The position numbers and the translations under genes are program-made. DNA of 19,088 bases from an uncultured archaeon (GTDB lineage: Archaea > Asgardarchaeota > Thorarchaeia > Thorarchaeales > Thorarchaeaceae): NCBI GenBank assembly GCA_964631415.1, contig CAZVZC010000039.1, positions 1-19,088 of the forward strand, given 5' to 3'. The notes under the pieces are model-generated. The model did no database searches and was not told the DNA's origin. It saw only the letters and a program-made list of their open reading frames with translations. Numbering within the stretch: the first letter of the stretch is position 1; every line of letters starts with the position of its first letter. This document shows positions 16,200-19,088 of the stretch, piece after piece.

Positions 16200-16246
16200 A
16201 GAAGCGGGGTCACACCGTTCTGCCCTTTGGTGGGCCGCGAAGGCCC
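16200..16246 (+). terminator. Tandem GC-rich hairpins downstream of the GNAT gene
   Basis: AGAA(G)CGG...CCGTTCT and GGGCC-GCGAA-GGCCC (16232-46). No clear U-tract. Confidence 0.25.
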
Positions 16247-16343
16247 GCCCGTCCTATTGAGCCTGCAATCCCGCAACTTCAATAGATGGATGTGCGATAG
16301 GTTCGAAATCAGAAGGAACCAGACAGTAATCGAGAGTGAACAC

Positions 16344-16703
16344 ATGCTTGGGCAACCGAGGGATTTCATCGGCAACATTCTGGCAGTTCTGATATCCAGA
16401 CCACTAAGGAAACCCGATTTCAGGGCGCAAGTCATGAGATGGAGAATGGTGGTCGTGCTTGAGACCGACTACTATCCGGTGACCATCAGGTTCGACAAAG
16501 GAGTCAAAGTGGGGTACGGTGACAACCCTCAGCCCACCATCCGGGTAAAAGCCAGCCTCGATACAATCATCAAACTGGTGAAGGGAGCTACCTCACCAAT
16601 TCGAGCACTCTTGACCGGCGGTCTCAAGGTCAAGGGCCTTCTAAGACACCCTCGGGCCACTCTGCAGTTCTACAGACTGATCTCCTCTTCCATCAGGGGG
16701 TGA
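16344..16703 (+). CDS. SCP2 sterol/lipid-binding domain protein
   Basis: 119 aa from ATG 16344. The C-terminal PTIRVKASLDTIIKLVKGATSPIRALLTGGLKVKG is a typical SCP2 signature. Confidence 0.8.
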   Translation: MLGQPRDFIGNILAVLISRPLRKPDFRAQVMRWRMVVVLETDYYPVTIRFDKGVKVGYGDNPQPTIRVKASLDTIIKLVKGATSPIRALLTGGLKVKGLLRHPRATLQFYRLISSSIRG

Positions 16704-18133
16704 TACGAATGAGCCTCAAGCAGAAACTCGCATCGATTGTTGGTGAGCAATATGTGTCTGACGGACTTGCCGAACAGTATGTCTATTCGTTCGATATGAC
16801 CGAAAACACACCGCGGCGGCCTGCGCTGGTTGTCATGCCTGAATCAGTTGAACAGGTCCAGCAGATTGTTCGGACTGCGAACAAGGAGCGAGTCCCACTT
16901 GTTCCATTCGTCACCGGACAGAATGTAGGTGGCCTGACGATACCGCAGGTTGATGGCGCTGTCACCGTAGATCTCAAGCGCATGAACAGAATCATCGAGG
17001 TCGACGATGAGGCCATGTACGCTGTCCTCGAACCAGGCGTCACCTTTGGCCACCTTCGGAAGTATCTCGACGAACACAATCCGTCGCTGAGGTATACGTA
17101 CCCCTTGGCTCCGCCTTTCACTTCGGTGATGGCGAATGCTCTTCTACAAGGACTGTGTGATCTATCAACAGTTAGAGGTGCAATGGCGGATTTCATCAAC
17201 GGGCTTGAGGTAGTCCTGCCCACTGGAGAACTAGTACGAGCAGGCTCAGCAATCATGGGCGACGGCAACTGGTTTGGCAGATATCCGCTTCCAGACCTTG
17301 TGGGCCTCTTCAGCGGCTGGCAGGGGATGACAGGTATCGTTACGAAGATTGCGCTTCAGCTCTGGCCTAAGAAGCAATTCACAAAGCATGCAGCGCTCTT
17401 CACTTTTGGAGAGGTGGCTACAACAGATCTGCTCAGGCGCATAGCGAGAGCACAGGTCCTTGACGATGCAGACTGCATGTCTTTGCCCATTGTCAAGATG
17501 CTTCTGGGTGTGTCTGCCCCAGTGGAAGTGTACGAGGGAGAACCTGACTATGGGACCTTGCTCACCTTATCTGGTAACACGGAGAAGGAAGTAGAATCCA
17601 AGTACGAGCTGGTCGAGAGCTATGTTGAGGACGCAAGAAAGGCGGAGAACCGTCAGATCTTGGTTGACTGGGATGCAGTGTCCAAGATGATGGGTGACCA
17701 AGCAGAGTCATGGGTGGACTTCCCGTCCGATGCCTACAAGGTTCTTACAGAGTATGACGGACTGACATGGGTCGGCACGTACATTCATCCCAAGCGTTGG
17801 GCAGAGGCGCTGTCCCAAGGAAGACGCGTTGTTGAGAAGTATGGGTTCGAACTGATGGCCTACCTCAAGCCAATGAACAGCATGCACTTCGGTGAGTTCA
17901 AGTTCATCATTCGGTTCCCAAAGGACAAGACAACTGTGGAGCAGATCCGGCGCTGCAATGAAGAGCTACTAGACCTCGCTCTAGGTCTGAAGGCACTTCC
18001 CTACAAGACACCCGTATGGGCCGCGAAGAAGATCCAAGAGAAAGCAGACCCCGGATTCGTGGAACTGCTCCGTAGAATCAAGAAGACACTCGATCCGAAC
18101 GGGATAATGAACCCGGGGAGGTGGGCGTTGTGA
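16700..18133 (+). CDS. FAD-linked oxidoreductase (VAO/PCMH - GlcD superfamily, FAD_binding_4 + FAD-oxidase_C)
   Basis: PALVVMPESVEQVQQIV, VDLKRMNRIIEVD, EPGVTF, GLEVVLPTGEL, GIVTK and LDPNGIMNPG. GTGA overlap with the SCP2 gene (alternative start ATG 16709). Confidence 0.92.
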   Translation: MIRMSLKQKLASIVGEQYVSDGLAEQYVYSFDMTENTPRRPALVVMPESVEQVQQIVRTANKERVPLVPFVTGQNVGGLTIPQVDGAVTVDLKRMNRIIEVDDEAMYAVLEPGVTFGHLRKYLDEHNPSLRYTYPLAPPFTSVMANALLQGLCDLSTVRGAMADFINGLEVVLPTGELVRAGSAIMGDGNWFGRYPLPDLVGLFSGWQGMTGIVTKIALQLWPKKQFTKHAALFTFGEVATTDLLRRIARAQVLDDADCMSLPIVKMLLGVSAPVEVYEGEPDYGTLLTLSGNTEKEVESKYELVESYVEDARKAENRQILVDWDAVSKMMGDQAESWVDFPSDAYKVLTEYDGLTWVGTYIHPKRWAEALSQGRRVVEKYGFELMAYLKPMNSMHFGEFKFIIRFPKDKTTVEQIRRCNEELLDLALGLKALPYKTPVWAAKKIQEKADPGFVELLRRIKKTLDPNGIMNPGRWAL

Positions 18134-19088
18134 TTTCGTATGAGTCAGCGATCGGCCAGTGGCTGCACAGATGTAACCGCTGTGGGACGTGCAAGTACAT
18201 CTTTCGAGACTATGGACCATCTTGCCCGTCGGGAGAATACTACAAGCTCGAAACCTATTTCGCATCTGGCAGGATAGCAGTTGCTCGGGGTCTGGCCACT
18301 GGCGATATAGACTGGCAGGAGTCTATGCTGAAACCAGTCTTTGCCTGTACCACTTGTGGAAGCTGTCAGACTCAATGCATGGCGCCGCATAGAGAACATA
18401 TCGTCGACATCATTGAGGAACTGAGAGGCTTTGCAGTTGACAAGCTTGGCCCATTGCCTGCTCATCATGATCTCGCTGAAAGCATCATCCGGAAGCATAA
18501 CCCATACAACGCCACACATCACAGTCGTCAAATCGTGGAGCGGCTTCACTTGCCCCTCAAAGCAGACACCATACTCTTCATGGGCTGCACTGCAAACTAT
18601 AGGGAAACCAGCATACGCGATGCAACGATCTCGATACTCAGGAAAGCCGGCATTGACTTTACGATTGTTGACGAGTACTGTTGTGGCTCTCCTCTTCTCA
18701 GAGTAGGGCAGAAGGCGGCAGCGCGAAATGTTGCAGAACACAACCTGCAGGTGATAGAGATGGCAGGCGCGGGGAGAGTTGTCACTTCCTGTGCAGGCTG
18801 CTATCGAACACTCTCAAAGGACTACAAGAATCTGGGAGCGGACTTGGGCATAGAAGTGATTCATTCCTCACAACTTGCGAATGAGCTACTGAACGGAGGC
18901 AAACTGAAGCCCAAAGCTCGCAGTCCAATCGGCCGCGTGACATACCATGATCCATGCCACTTGGGCAGACACATGGGAGTTTACGAAGAACCAAGACAGG
19001 CCCTTGCGATGCTGCCTGTCGAGTTTGTCGAGATGTACCCAAACCGGAACAATGCTTGGTGCTGCTGCGCGGGCGGCGGCGTCAAATC
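18130..19088 (+). CDS. Fe-S oxidoreductase, GlcF/HdrD-like (2x[4Fe-4S] + CCG domains), 3'-truncated by the window
   Basis: Not in the ORF track because there is no stop in the window. Hand translation from GTG 18130 (overlapping the upstream TGA) gives RCNRCGTCK...SCP, CTTCGSCQTQC, LFMGC, EYCCG, TSCAGC, YHDPCHLGR and WCCCAGGG. Confidence 0.92.
   Translation, partial: MISYESAIGQWLHRCNRCGTCKYIFRDYGPSCPSGEYYKLETYFASGRIAVARGLATGDIDWQESMLKPVFACTTCGSCQTQCMAPHREHIVDIIEELRGFAVDKLGPLPAHHDLAESIIRKHNPYNATHHSRQIVERLHLPLKADTILFMGCTANYRETSIRDATISILRKAGIDFTIVDEYCCGSPLLRVGQKAAARNVAEHNLQVIEMAGAGRVVTSCAGCYRTLSKDYKNLGADLGIEVIHSSQLANELLNGGKLKPKARSPIGRVTYHDPCHLGRHMGVYEEPRQALAMLPVEFVEMYPNRNNAWCCCAGGGVK

Noticed and set aside
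18145-18741. 198-aa minus-strand ORF and other short ORFs at the window end
   Set aside because: The + strand frame from 18130 carries a clear Fe-S/CCG protein, so these are shadows.
1-19088. CRISPR array, tRNA/rRNA, transposase or integrase
   Set aside because: No regularly spaced repeats, cloverleaf/rRNA signatures or recombinase motifs were seen by eye.

Overview
Gene-dense archaeal window, most likely from an Asgard archaeon (Thorarchaeia-like). This is inferred from protein style, AT-rich TATA-like boxes, GTGA stop/start overlaps and several candidate eukaryotic-signature domains. In order: TauE/SafE exporter (-), small winged-helix/PCI-like membrane protein (-), M29 aminopeptidase (-), ArsB/NhaD-CitMHS-type anion transporter A (+), a ~360-nt structured intergenic tract, a small candidate ubiquitin-like protein (+), a frameshifted remnant of a molybdopterin oxidoreductase C-terminus (-), paralogous transporter B (+), a MopB-family molybdopterin oxidoreductase with a 2x[4Fe-4S] ferredoxin inserted into its C-terminal domain (-), a hypothetical membrane protein (-), a polytopic sensor histidine kinase with a ~250-aa C-terminal extension resembling a DENN (folliculin-like) domain (-), a giant GNAT protein (+), and an SCP2 / FAD-linked oxidase / CCG Fe-S operon (+, truncated by the window end). 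The most interesting candidate is the histidine kinase-DENN fusion, which would couple two-component sensing to small-GTPase regulation. No rRNA, tRNA, CRISPR array or transposase was seen. All domain calls are by eye; no searches were run.
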